A DNA stretch of 64,000 bases from an uncultured Desulfarculus sp. (GTDB lineage: Bacteria > Desulfobacterota > Desulfarculia > Desulfarculales > Desulfarculaceae), in assembly GCA_963665125.2 (NCBI GenBank), contig CAXXUK010000001.1, positions 2,784,001-2,848,000 of the forward strand, written 5' to 3'. The notes beneath the pieces are model-generated. The model searched no databases, was not told the origin of the DNA, and was given only the letters and a program-made list of their open reading frames with translations. Of the stretch, positions 28,763 through 40,883 are shown piece after piece. Position 1 is the first letter of the stretch. Every line of letters begins with the position of its first letter. Made by a program: the position numbers and the translations under genes.

Positions 28763-29779
28763 TCAGCTCCCAGTATCCAGGTCTTTTTTAATTTTATTTC
28801 CCAATATGATTTCAATCGCATCCTTGAATTTACACTGAAAATAGTCAAATCTCGGTTCCCTCAGCCCCACACCTACCAATTCTCGGAACCTATCGCCAAC
28901 ATTCGGGTCTGGGTCGAAAACCCAGAAGCGTGAAATGCTGGCTTTACTATGAGTACCAAGGGTGAATAAGTACTTAAAAAAAGTGTCTGTTTCAGGTAGA
29001 GAATAACCTATGACGTAAATTTCCTGGGCATTCCGCAGAACCTCAGCCGCTTTTTTCCAAACACTTGAGATAGCTTGCTGTTGTGCAAGTTTGTTTAGAA
29101 CAGGAGGGATAATGAAAGGGCCATCACCGTTGTTGCTGAGTTGTTTCGTAGTGCAAAGCAGCCGATACTCACCATTTCTTAGCTGCGGAATATACAACCC
29201 GTTCGGTTTAAGGCCGTCTTCGTCTCGCGACCAATTGACCGAACCATGCAATTTTAATAATGGAACACCGTTTCCAGAGGTCTTTAACGCATAATCATAA
29301 GCGATTCCATTTTGGCCCAACATCAAGTCCAACAGACAGTCATAATTAAAAGTAATAAGACTCGTTTTTTTATCTTTTACGAGCTTATGGGAAAAAATCC
29401 CATATGCGCACCACGTGTTAGTATCTGGCAATCGAGGCATGGCCCAGTCGATCGTTAGGCCGATCACCTTAGGCGCAGCCTTTTGGGCCGCTTCCATTTC
29501 TTCCAGACCGATATCTTCAATCCCCCCTATCTGCACCCCAAGTTCCAACAAGCTCAACACAGTTTCGATATTGTTGAGATCCACATTGGAGTAGAAACTA
29601 GATCCTTTAAGCTTATGAATTACCTCAAAAAGGCACTCAAAATCATTTTTATAGTCGTTCACCATACCGGCGGTTACAATATCCCGAGCGGTGTCCAAAA
29701 AGTTGGACATTACCGGAATCTCAGCATCAGCCGACGCCCCGGCCCCGAATATGTATACTCTTCTATGGTCGTTTTTCAT
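28763..29779 (-). CDS. SIR2-like (SIR2_2) domain protein, AT-rich, probably horizontally acquired
   Basis: FGAGAS, ITFNYD, LLKLHGSVNW, IIPP..K and IGYSLP.TD motifs; base composition visibly AT-richer than flanking genes. Confidence 0.85.
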   Translation of the reverse strand: MKNDHRRVYIFGAGASADAEIPVMSNFLDTARDIVTAGMVNDYKNDFECLFEVIHKLKGSSFYSNVDLNNIETVLSLLELGVQIGGIEDIGLEEMEAAQKAAPKVIGLTIDWAMPRLPDTNTWCAYGIFSHKLVKDKKTSLITFNYDCLLDLMLGQNGIAYDYALKTSGNGVPLLKLHGSVNWSRDEDGLKPNGLYIPQLRNGEYRLLCTTKQLSNNGDGPFIIPPVLNKLAQQQAISSVWKKAAEVLRNAQEIYVIGYSLPETDTFFKYLFTLGTHSKASISRFWVFDPDPNVGDRFRELVGVGLREPRFDYFQCKFKDAIEIILGNKIKKDLDTGS

Positions 29780-29798
29780 GCTCCCCCCTATGCTGAAA

Positions 29799-30413
29799 TT
29801 ACCCCAGCGCCTTCTTGATCTTGTCGCCGTGCTCCTGAGCCATGGTCAGGGCCCGGTACACGTCCCGGCGTTCGGGGCCGATGATTGCCAGGTCTTGCAG
29901 GGCCTTGCCGCTGAGCAGGTTCAACTGCCCGATGAGCTTGTCATAATGCACCGTGGGGTAGGTGCCGCCCACCTCGAACCGGGCCTTGGGGCAGGTCCGG
30001 GCCCGTCCTCCGGCCTCCACCGGGATGCCGTAGAGGCGGCAGGTGATGGGCCGGGCCTCGTACAGGGCGCACTTGCCCGCGTCCAAAAGGGGGCACGGCA
30101 CCCTGGTGTTGCTGAAGTGCTTGTTGCGTTCGTTCTCGGGCAGGCCCATGGCCCACACCGAGGCCTCGTCAAAGATCTTGGCCGCCTTTTCACCCCGGCG
30201 CAGAAGTTCCCGGCGGTAGGACCGGGGCAGGCTCACAAAGGCCGTGGCCAGGCCCAGGGCCTCCACGGGCGAGATGTCGAACATGGCGTGGCAGCAGTCG
30301 TCGCAGCCCTGCTTGCAGGCCACGGCCTCGGGGTGCTCTGACTCCACCCTGGCGAAGACCTGGTCGGCCAGGTCCTGGACCTTTTTCAGTTCCTTAAGTA
30401 TTCGTGAAAGCAT
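29799..30413 (-). CDS. YkgJ-family cysteine-cluster (CxxxCxxCC) protein
   Basis: CKQGCDDCC, CPLL...C.LYEARPITCRLYG; start at MLSRIL is approximate. Confidence 0.88.
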   Translation of the reverse strand: MLSRILKELKKVQDLADQVFARVESEHPEAVACKQGCDDCCHAMFDISPVEALGLATAFVSLPRSYRRELLRRGEKAAKIFDEASVWAMGLPENERNKHFSNTRVPCPLLDAGKCALYEARPITCRLYGIPVEAGGRARTCPKARFEVGGTYPTVHYDKLIGQLNLLSGKALQDLAIIGPERRDVYRALTMAQEHGDKIKKALG

Positions 30414-30472
30414 TTCATTTGCCTTAAATATGATCTTCTGGTTTACTTGCCCGCACACCACGGGAACGACTC

Positions 30473-30481
30473 ATTATATCA
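30473..30481 (-). promoter_or_regulatory. Extended -10 promoter element upstream of ykgJ-SIR2-polA
   Basis: Minus strand TGATATAAT (TGn-TATAAT). Confidence 0.5.
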
Positions 30482-30704
30482 GACAGCGCGGGCCTGCGGG
30501 CCATGGCGGTTTAGCCCCACATTTATGCGGCGAAATTGCTTGACTTGCGTTGGTCGGCATGATAGCTAGATGCGACGCCAAGTGCCAAAAGGCACAGGCG
30601 CTTCAGCGAAAGCAAGATGATCACAACAGCCCGATATGCCTAAAGCTTCAGGGTGGCTCCACTCCTTGCTGCGGCATAACGGTCTAGGTTGAAGGCTGGT
30701 AACC

Positions 30705-30950
30705 ATGGGCCGGTTTATAAAAGATGAAACCCGCCCCTTGTTGCTGATGCTGGCCAGGGCAAGCTCAATCGGCTTGGCCATGGTCCTAGCAATCGTCTTC
30801 GGCCTGGCGATCGGCTACTGGGTCGATCACACCTGGGACACCAAGCCCTGGGGCCTGCTGATCGGCCTGTTGGTGGGCATCATCGCCGCATTTCGCAATT
30901 TGTATATTCTGGGCAAGAGGTCCCAGGATGTCATGGGAGGAAAGAAGTGA
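30705..30950 (+). CDS. AtpZ/AtpI-family ATP synthase accessory protein
   Basis: GLAIGYWVDH.WDTKPWG..G...G..A.F.N pattern; first gene of the F0 cluster. Confidence 0.88.
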   Translation: MGRFIKDETRPLLLMLARASSIGLAMVLAIVFGLAIGYWVDHTWDTKPWGLLIGLLVGIIAAFRNLYILGKRSQDVMGGKK

Positions 30951-31348
30951 GCCGCAAGGTGGCCGCACTCAACAGCAAAGAGACCCAGTTCGTAAAGGGC
31001 CTGTGGGTCAGCAACGCCATAGTGTTGGGGTTGTTGCTGGGAGGTTCGTTCATCTTTGGTTCGCCCAAGGCAGCTTTTAGCGTGATAGTCGGCGGAGCGA
31101 TCGCCCTGGCCAATTTCCGGCTGATGCAGGTGGCCATGGCCCGGATCCTCACGCCCAACGCCAAAAAGGTTCTGGCCATGGGCGCCACGCTCATTTTGTA
31201 TTACCTGCGGTTCGGCATCACCATGGCCGTGCTGGCGTTTTTGCTCAGCCGCCAGATGGTCGAACCGTTCGGCTTGCTACTGGGGCTCTCTGTGGTGGTC
31301 ATTACCATGATCACTTATGGGCTCATAAGTGTACGTAAACTCGGTTAA
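30947..31348 (+). CDS. atpI: ATP synthase subunit I
   Basis: Four TMs, GG..A..NF, YYLRF and GLLLGLS; position before atpB. Confidence 0.85.
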   Translation: MSRKVAALNSKETQFVKGLWVSNAIVLGLLLGGSFIFGSPKAAFSVIVGGAIALANFRLMQVAMARILTPNAKKVLAMGATLILYYLRFGITMAVLAFLLSRQMVEPFGLLLGLSVVVITMITYGLISVRKLG

Positions 31349-31363
31349 GGAGGCCAACCGGGC

Positions 31364-32053
31364 ATGGAACATCCCCTTCTGCTTCTGACGCTTCTGCTTG
31401 AACAAGTCGGCCTGGGTCACTTCGCCCACGCCTACCCCCACGTCGTCTACTCGTGGCTGGTTATGATCATCCTCATCGTGTTGGCCAAACTGGCCACCAA
31501 GTCGATCCAGATGATCCCATCCGGCGGACAAAACTTCTTTGAGGCCGTCATCGGCGGTTTCGAGGACTTCAGCGTCGACGTCATGGGTGAACACGGACGG
31601 CCCTATTTCCCGATTATTGGCACGCTGTTCTTCTACATCCTGCTGATGAACTGGATCGGCTTGGTTCCGGGCATGCTCAGCTCCACCAGCAACCTCAACA
31701 CCCCGCTGTCCATGGCCCTGTCGGTGTTCGTCATCACCGTCTTCGTGGGTATCAAGGAACACGGCCTGCACTACATCAAGCACTTCACCGGCCCCTTCTG
31801 GTGGCTGGCTCCGTTGATGCTGCCCATCGAGATCATCGGCTTCTTCGCCCGCGTCGTCAGCCTGACCCTGCGTCTTTTCGGCAACGTCATGGGTGAGGAC
31901 CTGGTCCTGATCATCCTGTTCTTCCTGGCCGGCGCCTTCTTGGCTCCGCTGCCGATGATGGGCTTGGCCATCTTCACCAGCTTCGTGCAGGCTTTCATCT
32001 TCTCGCTGCTGACCATGCTCTACATCGCCGGCGCGCTGGAAGAAGCACACTAA
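31364..32053 (+). CDS. atpB: ATP synthase F0 subunit a
   Basis: QNFFE, NWIGLVPG, SLTLRLFGN (essential Arg), VQAFIF.LL..YI. Confidence 0.97.
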   Translation: MEHPLLLLTLLLEQVGLGHFAHAYPHVVYSWLVMIILIVLAKLATKSIQMIPSGGQNFFEAVIGGFEDFSVDVMGEHGRPYFPIIGTLFFYILLMNWIGLVPGMLSSTSNLNTPLSMALSVFVITVFVGIKEHGLHYIKHFTGPFWWLAPLMLPIEIIGFFARVVSLTLRLFGNVMGEDLVLIILFFLAGAFLAPLPMMGLAIFTSFVQAFIFSLLTMLYIAGALEEAH

Positions 32054-32114
32054 GGATTAAACTTCCCCCAAGGAAGAAGGCGCATAAAAACTATATTTGT
32101 TAGGGAGTAAGAAA

Positions 32115-32480
32115 ATGAAGAAGTTCTCGTTGATTGCCGCTCTTACCGGTTTGTTCGTACTGGGTCTGTCCGCCGTGGCCATGGCCGCCGACGCTAGCGT
32201 TGGCGCTCAGCTGGCCGGTGTCTTCGCCGCTTCGGTGACCGCCGCTGGCTTCGGCCTGGGCATCGCCGCTTTCGGTACCGGTATTGCCCAGGGCATCGCC
32301 GTCAAGGGCGCCGTCGAGGGTACCGCCCGCAACCCCGAGGCCGGTGGTAAAATCCAGGTGACCATGCTGATCGGTCTGGCCATGATCGAGTCTCTGTGTA
32401 TTTACGCTCTGGTCGTCAGCCTGATTCTGCTGTTCGCCAACGACCACGTGGCCGTCGTCAAGACGATCATCGCCGGTTAG
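32115..32480 (+). CDS. atpE: ATP synthase F0 subunit c with N-terminal extension
   Basis: GxGxxQG, ARNPEA loop, [10 protein letters not shown] carboxylate helix. Confidence 0.96.
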   Translation: MKKFSLIAALTGLFVLGLSAVAMAADASVGAQLAGVFAASVTAAGFGLGIAAFGTGIAQGIAVKGAVEGTARNPEAGGKIQVTMLIGLAMIESLCIYALVVSLILLFANDHVAVVKTIIAG

Positions 32481-32492
32481 TTCGCCGATTTC

Positions 32493-32525
32493 AAAGGGCC
32501 GGGCCCAGCGCCCGGCCCTTTGTTT
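32493..32525 (+). terminator. Intrinsic terminator after atpE
   Basis: AAAGGGCCGGGC-CCA-GCGCCCGGCCCTTT then GTTT. Confidence 0.8.
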
Positions 32526-32535
32526 CGATAGCCCT

Positions 32536-32553
32536 ATGTGACTTGCCTCACAA
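32536..32553. promoter_or_regulatory. Rex operator-like palindrome upstream of rex
   Basis: ATGTGACTTGCCTCACAA compared with Rex consensus TTGTGAA-N4-TTCACAA; 15 nt before the rex ATG. Confidence 0.65.
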
Positions 32554-32568
32554 AAACAGAGCAGTTCC

Positions 32569-33198
32569 ATGAAATTTATGAAAATACCCGCGGCTACCAT
32601 TACTCGCCTTTCCATATACTCACGCGCGTTGGAAGGCCTGGTCACCGAAGGCGTGCCAGTGGTCTCCAGCAAAAAGCTGGCTGAGCTATGCGGCGTCAAT
32701 CCCGCGCAGATCAGAAAGGACTTGGCCTATTTCGGCCAGTTCGGCGTGCGCGGTGTGGGGTATTACGTAAAAGAGCTACTTTTTGACATTAAAAAGATTC
32801 TGGGCCTTAACAAGCAGTGGAACCTGGCCATCGTCGGCATGGGCAACCTGGGCTGCGCCCTGATGGCCCATGAAAACTTCACCAAGCAGGGCTACCGTTT
32901 CGTGGCGGCCTTTGACAACGACCCCATGAAGGTCGGACTCAAGCTGGCCACGGGCCTGCCGGTCCATGCGGTCAGCGACCTGGCCGCAATGTGCGCTGAA
33001 CAGGACGCCGAGATCGGCGTGATCTGCACCCCGGCCGATGTGGCCCAGGATATCGCCAACAAATTCGTCGACGCGGGAGTCAAGGGCATACTCAACTTCG
33101 CACCCACCCAAATCCAGGTGCCCAAAGGCTTCAAAGTGGAAAACGTCGACTTTACGGTGAAACTGGACAACCTGGCTTATCATCTGACCTCGGTCTAG
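32569..33198 (+). CDS. rex: Redox-sensing transcriptional repressor Rex
   Basis: IPAATITRLSIYSR, QIRKDLAYFGQFGVRGVGY, VGMGNLG, ILNFAP. Confidence 0.97.
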   Translation: MKFMKIPAATITRLSIYSRALEGLVTEGVPVVSSKKLAELCGVNPAQIRKDLAYFGQFGVRGVGYYVKELLFDIKKILGLNKQWNLAIVGMGNLGCALMAHENFTKQGYRFVAAFDNDPMKVGLKLATGLPVHAVSDLAAMCAEQDAEIGVICTPADVAQDIANKFVDAGVKGILNFAPTQIQVPKGFKVENVDFTVKLDNLAYHLTSV

Positions 33199-33226
33199 GG
33201 TTCAATACCAAGATAAATCCAGCGAC

Positions 33227-33568
33227 TTATTTCCCGCACACCGGGCACCGCAGGATTGTGCCTTCGGGGCATACCGGATGTGCGCCTTTGGCGATCTCCG
33301 GGTAATCGTGATAATTGCGGCACTGCATGTAATAGGCCTCTCGGGCGTTGGCTGCGTAGCTGGCCTTGAAATAGCCGTAATTGCATTTTGAGCAGTGTTC
33401 GATGAGCACATGACGCAGGTCGTCATCCGAGCGGCCTATGAACTTGGCCTCGAACTTGTGGCCGTCGTATAGACCCAGGGCGTAATTGCCGGGGACTGCC
33501 TTTTCAATGACCCTGTCTACGGTCCAATGGTTAAGCTCAAACGGTCCGTGCATTCCCAAGCCGGCCAT
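33227..33568 (-). CDS. Hypothetical protein with degenerate GIY-YIG-like pattern and C-terminal Cys/His cluster
   Basis: PGNYALG...FIGRSD.DL...L..H, then C..YH...HP.C......CPVC; GGAGG SD. Confidence 0.7.
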   Translation of the reverse strand: MAGLGMHGPFELNHWTVDRVIEKAVPGNYALGLYDGHKFEAKFIGRSDDDLRHVLIEHCSKCNYGYFKASYAANAREAYYMQCRNYHDYPEIAKGAHPVCPEGTILRCPVCGK

Positions 33569-33588
33569 ATCCCCCTCCCTGACAAAAC

Positions 33589-33628
33589 AATCGCCCGCTC
33601 ACGCCGTTTTCGGCGCATGCGGGCGATT
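33589..33628. terminator. Hairpin between uvrA and the downstream small gene
   Basis: AATCGCCCGC...GCGGGCGATT perfect 10-bp arms; T-rich tail on the minus strand. Confidence 0.55.
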
Positions 33629-33692
33629 CGTGGCCCATTATCAATCTTGTGATCACACACGGTAGAATTGGCCTAGATTGGCACAGGGTGCT

Positions 33693-36521
<2,829 letters not shown>

Positions 36522-36555
36522 GCCGTCCCCAGTTTTTTCACATTATTTCAGCGTC

Positions 36556-37149
36556 CTACCACCACATCCAGGGTCCGTCCCACCACCCGGGATCGCCGGG
36601 CATGACCGGCTCCACGCCAACGCCGAAGCCGAACTCCACCGGGGGCAGACCGCGCTCGGCATTGGTGAGATGGGGCGGCCAGGAAAATATTTCCTTGCCC
36701 CGCAGCAGCACATAAGTGAGCTGGGCCTTGCCGTGAGGCAGATTCTCGACGCCAAGCACCCGTCCGGCCACGGTGACCTTGCGGCCCTGGCCATAGGCCA
36801 AAGGATCCAGATATCCGGACATGGCCACGATGAACCGTCCCAGGCCCTGGCTCCCGTCCTCGGGGCGTTGATCGGAATCCATGGGCGTCTGCATGACCTC
36901 CACTAGCGTGCCCCTGGGGCGCTTGACATTGCGGAGCACTACGCCGCCCCAAACCACCATCTGGTCCTTTGCGGCCTTGGGGTCGACCAGCACACCGGGC
37001 ACATCCAGGTCCAGATTGGCCTGCGACTGATATTCGCTGGTGATTACCTGTTTATGGCAGCCCATGCACATGGCCGCCGCCACCAATGTCAACAATAGTA
37101 TAGCTTTTTTCAACACGCCGCGCAACCTCGAGTTAGTCGGTGTTTTCAA
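36556..37149 (-). CDS. Slp-family outer-membrane lipoprotein
   Basis: Lipobox-like MGC; VVWGGV, GRF....[14 protein letters not shown]; start approximate. Confidence 0.88.
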   Translation of the reverse strand: MKTPTNSRLRGVLKKAILLLTLVAAAMCMGCHKQVITSEYQSQANLDLDVPGVLVDPKAAKDQMVVWGGVVLRNVKRPRGTLVEVMQTPMDSDQRPEDGSQGLGRFIVAMSGYLDPLAYGQGRKVTVAGRVLGVENLPHGKAQLTYVLLRGKEIFSWPPHLTNAERGLPPVEFGFGVGVEPVMPGDPGWWDGPWMWW

Positions 37150-37921
37150 TTGTAATCATTCTCAAGTGATTGACAACATCCGGGTCCAGGGCCTTGCCGG
37201 CCAGATTCGTCATTATCTCCAGTGCCTTTTCCGGGCTGGAGCCTTTTTGATAAGGTCTATTAGTGGTTATGGCGTCGTAGGTGTCGGCCACGGCCACGAT
37301 TCGGGCTCCCTGGGGGATATCCTCGGCCGCCAGCCCCCTGGGATAGCCTGTGCCGTCCAGACGTTCATGATGACAGTAGATGTAATCAAGCGCCCGGCCC
37401 AGGAAATCCAGACCCTTTAGGATTTCGAAACCGGTCTGGGGGTGCTTGACGATCTCCGCCATGACCTCGGGCGGCGGCTTGCCGATGGTGTTGTGAAACA
37501 CCGCGTCGCTGAAGCCGATCTTGCCGATGTCGTGGATCAGGGCCGCCAGGCTGATCAAATTGACCTCCTGCTGGTCCAGGCCCATGCTCAGGGCGAGCTT
37601 TTCGGAAAGCACGGCCACCCTGTAGCCGTGGCCCGCCGTGTATTCATCCCTGGCGTTGATGGCCTCGGCCATGGCCTCTATGGCCGTCTGCACGGCCATC
37701 TGCTGACGGGTGCGGGCCTCGCGCAGTTCCTCGATGATCAATTCCAGGCGGTATTCACGGGCCTCCACCTTGACCATCATCATGCTCATGGCCTCGGCGA
37801 TGCGCCGCAGGTCTTCGTCGCCGCCCTCGGCGGTGAGTTTGATGATGTCCTGGCTATAGTGCCCTGCGGCTACGTCTTCGATTACATCCAACAGCTTTTG
37901 CAGGTCAAAGCCTTTACTCAT
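37133..37921 (-). CDS. HD-GYP domain protein
   Basis: ARDEYTAGH, HDIGKIG, HHERLDGTGYP, VADTYDAIT..RPY. Confidence 0.92.
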   Translation of the reverse strand: MSKGFDLQKLLDVIEDVAAGHYSQDIIKLTAEGGDEDLRRIAEAMSMMMVKVEAREYRLELIIEELREARTRQQMAVQTAIEAMAEAINARDEYTAGHGYRVAVLSEKLALSMGLDQQEVNLISLAALIHDIGKIGFSDAVFHNTIGKPPPEVMAEIVKHPQTGFEILKGLDFLGRALDYIYCHHERLDGTGYPRGLAAEDIPQGARIVAVADTYDAITTNRPYQKGSSPEKALEIMTNLAGKALDPDVVNHLRMITIENTD

Positions 37922-38874
37922 GCGATTCCCATCTTGGCCTCGGCCATGCGCGCGGCGTACAGGATGGCCTGCTTCATACTGGCCGGGTTGGCCTCTCCCC
38001 GGCCCGCCAGATCGTATGCCGTGCCGTGGTCCACGCTGGTGCGGATGATGGGCAGGCCCAGGGTTATATTGACCCCGTCATAAAAATGCATCAATTTCAA
38101 CGGGATGAGCCCCTGATCATGATACATGCAGACCACCGCGTCGAAGTGGCCCCTGGCGGCCCGCCAAAAGACCGTATCCGGCGGATGGGGGCCGCTGGCG
38201 TCCATGCCCATGGCCTTTAGCTGCTCCACGGCCGGGGCGATGATGTCGCGCTCCTCGGTGCCGAACATGCCGCCCTCCCCGGCGTGGGGGTTGAGTCCGG
38301 CGATGGCCAGACGCGGCCTGGTATAGCCCATCAGGCGCTGCATGTCCGAAGCCGTGGTGGCCGCCACCTCGACGATGCCGCCTGTGGTCAGGCGGCCCGG
38401 CACCTCGGCAAGGGCGCAGTGGATCGTCACCAGCGTCACCTTCAGCCGCTCGCCGGCCAGCATCATCACCGGCTTGGGCACTCCGGTCAGCCGGGCCAGC
38501 AGGGTCGTATGGCCGGTTTCGGCGTAGCCCGCCGCTTGCAGGGCCTCCTTGCTGATGGGCGCGGTGGCCATGGCCCGGACCATCTCGGTGCGGCACATTT
38601 CGGCGGCCATCTCGATAAACGATCCGGCCAGACGGCCTCCGGCGGCGCTGGGCCTGCCCAGGGGCACCTCCGATTCAGGGCCGACCTCGATCAACTCCAC
38701 TTCGGGAATGGGCAGCCCGCACACCACCGCCGCGTCATTGAGAAAACGGCGTTGGCCCACCACAACCAGAGTGGCGGCTGCGGTCAGTTCGGGATCGCTG
38801 CACGCCCTGGCCACGACCTCCGGGCCCACCCCCGCCGGATCGCCCATGGTAACGGCTATTCTGGGTTTGATCAT
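37918..38874 (-). CDS. pdxA: 4-hydroxythreonine-4-phosphate dehydrogenase
   Basis: TMGDPAGVGPE, TAPISK, GHT, GLNPHAGE, MYHDQGLIP, RTSVDHGTA. Confidence 0.95.
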   Translation of the reverse strand: MIKPRIAVTMGDPAGVGPEVVARACSDPELTAAATLVVVGQRRFLNDAAVVCGLPIPEVELIEVGPESEVPLGRPSAAGGRLAGSFIEMAAEMCRTEMVRAMATAPISKEALQAAGYAETGHTTLLARLTGVPKPVMMLAGERLKVTLVTIHCALAEVPGRLTTGGIVEVAATTASDMQRLMGYTRPRLAIAGLNPHAGEGGMFGTEERDIIAPAVEQLKAMGMDASGPHPPDTVFWRAARGHFDAVVCMYHDQGLIPLKLMHFYDGVNITLGLPIIRTSVDHGTAYDLAGRGEANPASMKQAILYAARMAEAKMGIA

Positions 38875-39116
38875 GATCCCTCCAACAATTCTTTCCAGAA
38901 ATCATGGTCCCACCCCACCTTGACCATCTCGCCCCACTGCACCACCGGCACCTCCCGGTTACCGGGAACCAGGTTGAGCATCTCGCGCTTGGCGGTCATG
39001 GACACACCGACATCCAGCCACTCGATCTCATATCCCCGGAGGCTGAAGTATTCCCCGGCCGCCCGGCAGCGGGCGCAGCCATAGACGTGGAAGATCCGCA
39101 CCGTTTTCCCAAACAT
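38871..39116 (-). CDS. Glutaredoxin/NrdH-like protein
   Basis: CARC motif, G.REVPV cis-Pro motif, VGW. Confidence 0.8.
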   Translation of the reverse strand: MFGKTVRIFHVYGCARCRAAGEYFSLRGYEIEWLDVGVSMTAKREMLNLVPGNREVPVVQWGEMVKVGWDHDFWKELLEGS

Positions 39117-39149
39117 GTTTTTCTCCGGAACCCAATAGGATGAAACATC

Positions 39150-39178
39150 AGTTTAGCCCCGCAGCCCCGGCCAGTCAA
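39150..39178 (-). promoter_or_regulatory. sigma70 promoter of the glutaredoxin-pdxA-HD-GYP-slp-uvrA run
   Basis: Minus strand TTGACT-N17-TAAACT. Confidence 0.6.
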
Positions 39179-39286
39179 TCGGGGCCTGGGAGATGCTTTT
39201 GGGAAGCCCCACGCCGGAAATAGCCGCCGCTTGATGATAGTTACTAGGCATCATCCGGCCCGCATGGGCCGCAATGGGAGGAAGCC

Positions 39287-40363
39287 ATGAGTACGTGCAG
39301 ATTCATGCACCAAAACCTGATTACCGGCCCGGACATGCTGGACGTCTCGTCAGCCCTGCCCGGTCCGGTGGGCATGCCCGCGCCGCGGGCGGCCGGATCG
39401 GCCGTGGCCTATGCCGGGGGCCGGCACAACGCCTCCAGGGACCAGGCCTTTTTACTGGAGATCGACTCGGTCAACGCCGGAGCGGAAGTGGGCCAGGCCA
39501 CCTTCCGCTGGAAACGCGGCCAGATGCAGAGCTGGGAAGGCGCGGAGTGTATCACCTCCACGGCCATGACCGAGCTGGCCGACGGGGTGAGCGTCAAATG
39601 GGCCTCGGGCATCGGCGACGATTTTGTCCCGGGCGACGGCTGGACCATTATCTGCCCGGCCAACGAGGGCCCGGTGCGGCTGTTGGACGGCGACCGGGAT
39701 ACGCTGTGGAAGGCCACCGGCTGCGCCACGGAACATCTCACCGTGGACCTGGGCGCGGCCACGGCTGCCACCTCGCTGATCCTGGCCGACCACAATCTCT
39801 CCGACAGCGCCACGGTGAACCTGTTGGCCGACGACGGGGCCGACTGGGACGATCCGGCCTTCGGCATGGCCGTTGCCGTGGCCGTGAACCGGCCCCACCT
39901 TACGGCTTTTTTCGAGCACACCGCCCGTTACTGGCGTCTGGAGATCAGCGACCCGGCCAACGCCGACGGCTATGTCAGCGCCAGCATGCTCCACCTGGGC
40001 CCCCACCTGAGCCCGTCGCGCAATTTCAGCGCACGCTACGGCCGCACCCTGGCCGCCGGACGGCAGCTCAACATCACCGACGCGGGCAAGGTGGCCGGAT
40101 CGGCCAAGGCCCTGGGCCACAGTTTCACCCTGCCCTTCAGCGGGCTCAGCGACGCCGACGCGGCCGGTCTGGAGCAGATGCTCTCGGCGGTCCACGACGC
40201 CGACGCAGGCAGACTGCGGCCCCTGTTTTTCACGCCCCTGGACAGCGACCCGGCCGGCACCTACTACTGCCTGCCCGGCGCCGAACTGGCCCTGAGCGGC
40301 CAGCACCAGGGCCGCTGGTCGGCCAGCCTGGTCCTGGAGGAAGTGGTGCGAACCAATGTATAG
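39287..40363 (+). CDS. Putative phage distal-tail/baseplate-like protein
   Basis: GGAGG SD; beta-rich with a discoidin-like segment (LLDGDRDTLWK..LTVDLG...RYWRLEI); ends W.ASLVLEE like distal-tail proteins; first of three overlapping ORFs preceding tail fibres. Function is inferred from context. Confidence 0.55.
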   Translation: MSTCRFMHQNLITGPDMLDVSSALPGPVGMPAPRAAGSAVAYAGGRHNASRDQAFLLEIDSVNAGAEVGQATFRWKRGQMQSWEGAECITSTAMTELADGVSVKWASGIGDDFVPGDGWTIICPANEGPVRLLDGDRDTLWKATGCATEHLTVDLGAATAATSLILADHNLSDSATVNLLADDGADWDDPAFGMAVAVAVNRPHLTAFFEHTARYWRLEISDPANADGYVSASMLHLGPHLSPSRNFSARYGRTLAAGRQLNITDAGKVAGSAKALGHSFTLPFSGLSDADAAGLEQMLSAVHDADAGRLRPLFFTPLDSDPAGTYYCLPGAELALSGQHQGRWSASLVLEEVVRTNV

Positions 40364-40883
40364 CCTGAGCCAAGGTTTTCATCGGGCCCAAAGCGAACGC
40401 GCCAACGAGCCGGTGTTACTGCTGCGCCTGACCAACGCCTTTGGCGTGCGGGTATACGCCGACCGCACCCCCCAGGCCGCGCTGCTGGGCCTCAGCGGCC
40501 CGCTCACCGCGGGCGGCGACGTGCTGGCCGATGGCTCTCGGAGGGCCGGCGAAGGCTCCCTTAACCTGCTGGACACCGGTGCCAAGGTGCTTTCCTACGG
40601 GCGGCTGCGGGAGACCCTTACGCCCCAGAGCGGCCAGATCATGGCCAGCCTGCGCCAGGAAGAGGCCTCCAGCCTCAGCGTGACCATGAGCAACGAAGGT
40701 CCGGATGACGCCCGGCCCATGAGCCGAATCGAGGCCATGGAGAACATCTTGGGCGCCACGGGCGAGCTGATCATCGGCTTCCCCGGCGTACCGGCCCGGG
40801 AATTCATGACCCGCTTCAGCGGCCGGGTCCAGAGCTACACCCTGCGCAGCGGCCAGTTGCGCCTCAGCCTGCGAGCGGCGTGA
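40356..40883 (+). CDS. Putative phage tail hub-like protein
   Basis: Overlaps both neighbours; C-terminal RFSGRVQSY....LRLSL resembles tail hub proteins. Function inferred. Confidence 0.5.
   Translation: MYSLSQGFHRAQSERANEPVLLLRLTNAFGVRVYADRTPQAALLGLSGPLTAGGDVLADGSRRAGEGSLNLLDTGAKVLSYGRLRETLTPQSGQIMASLRQEEASSLSVTMSNEGPDDARPMSRIEAMENILGATGELIIGFPGVPAREFMTRFSGRVQSYTLRSGQLRLSLRAA

Noticed and set aside
28765..29785. GGGAGC at both ends of the SIR2-like gene as a target-site duplication
   Set aside because: Only 6 bp, and both copies are explained as Shine-Dalgarno sequences
30570..30704. Riboswitch in the atp leader
   Set aside because: Only short hairpins; no recognisable c-di-GMP or other aptamer consensus
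30705..32480. Absence of atpF/H/A/G/D/C as an anomaly
   Set aside because: Separate F0 (atpIBE) and F1 clusters are the usual arrangement in deltaproteobacteria
38871..39116. Selenocysteine-containing glutaredoxin-like protein
   Set aside because: The active site is encoded as CARC with no in-frame TGA
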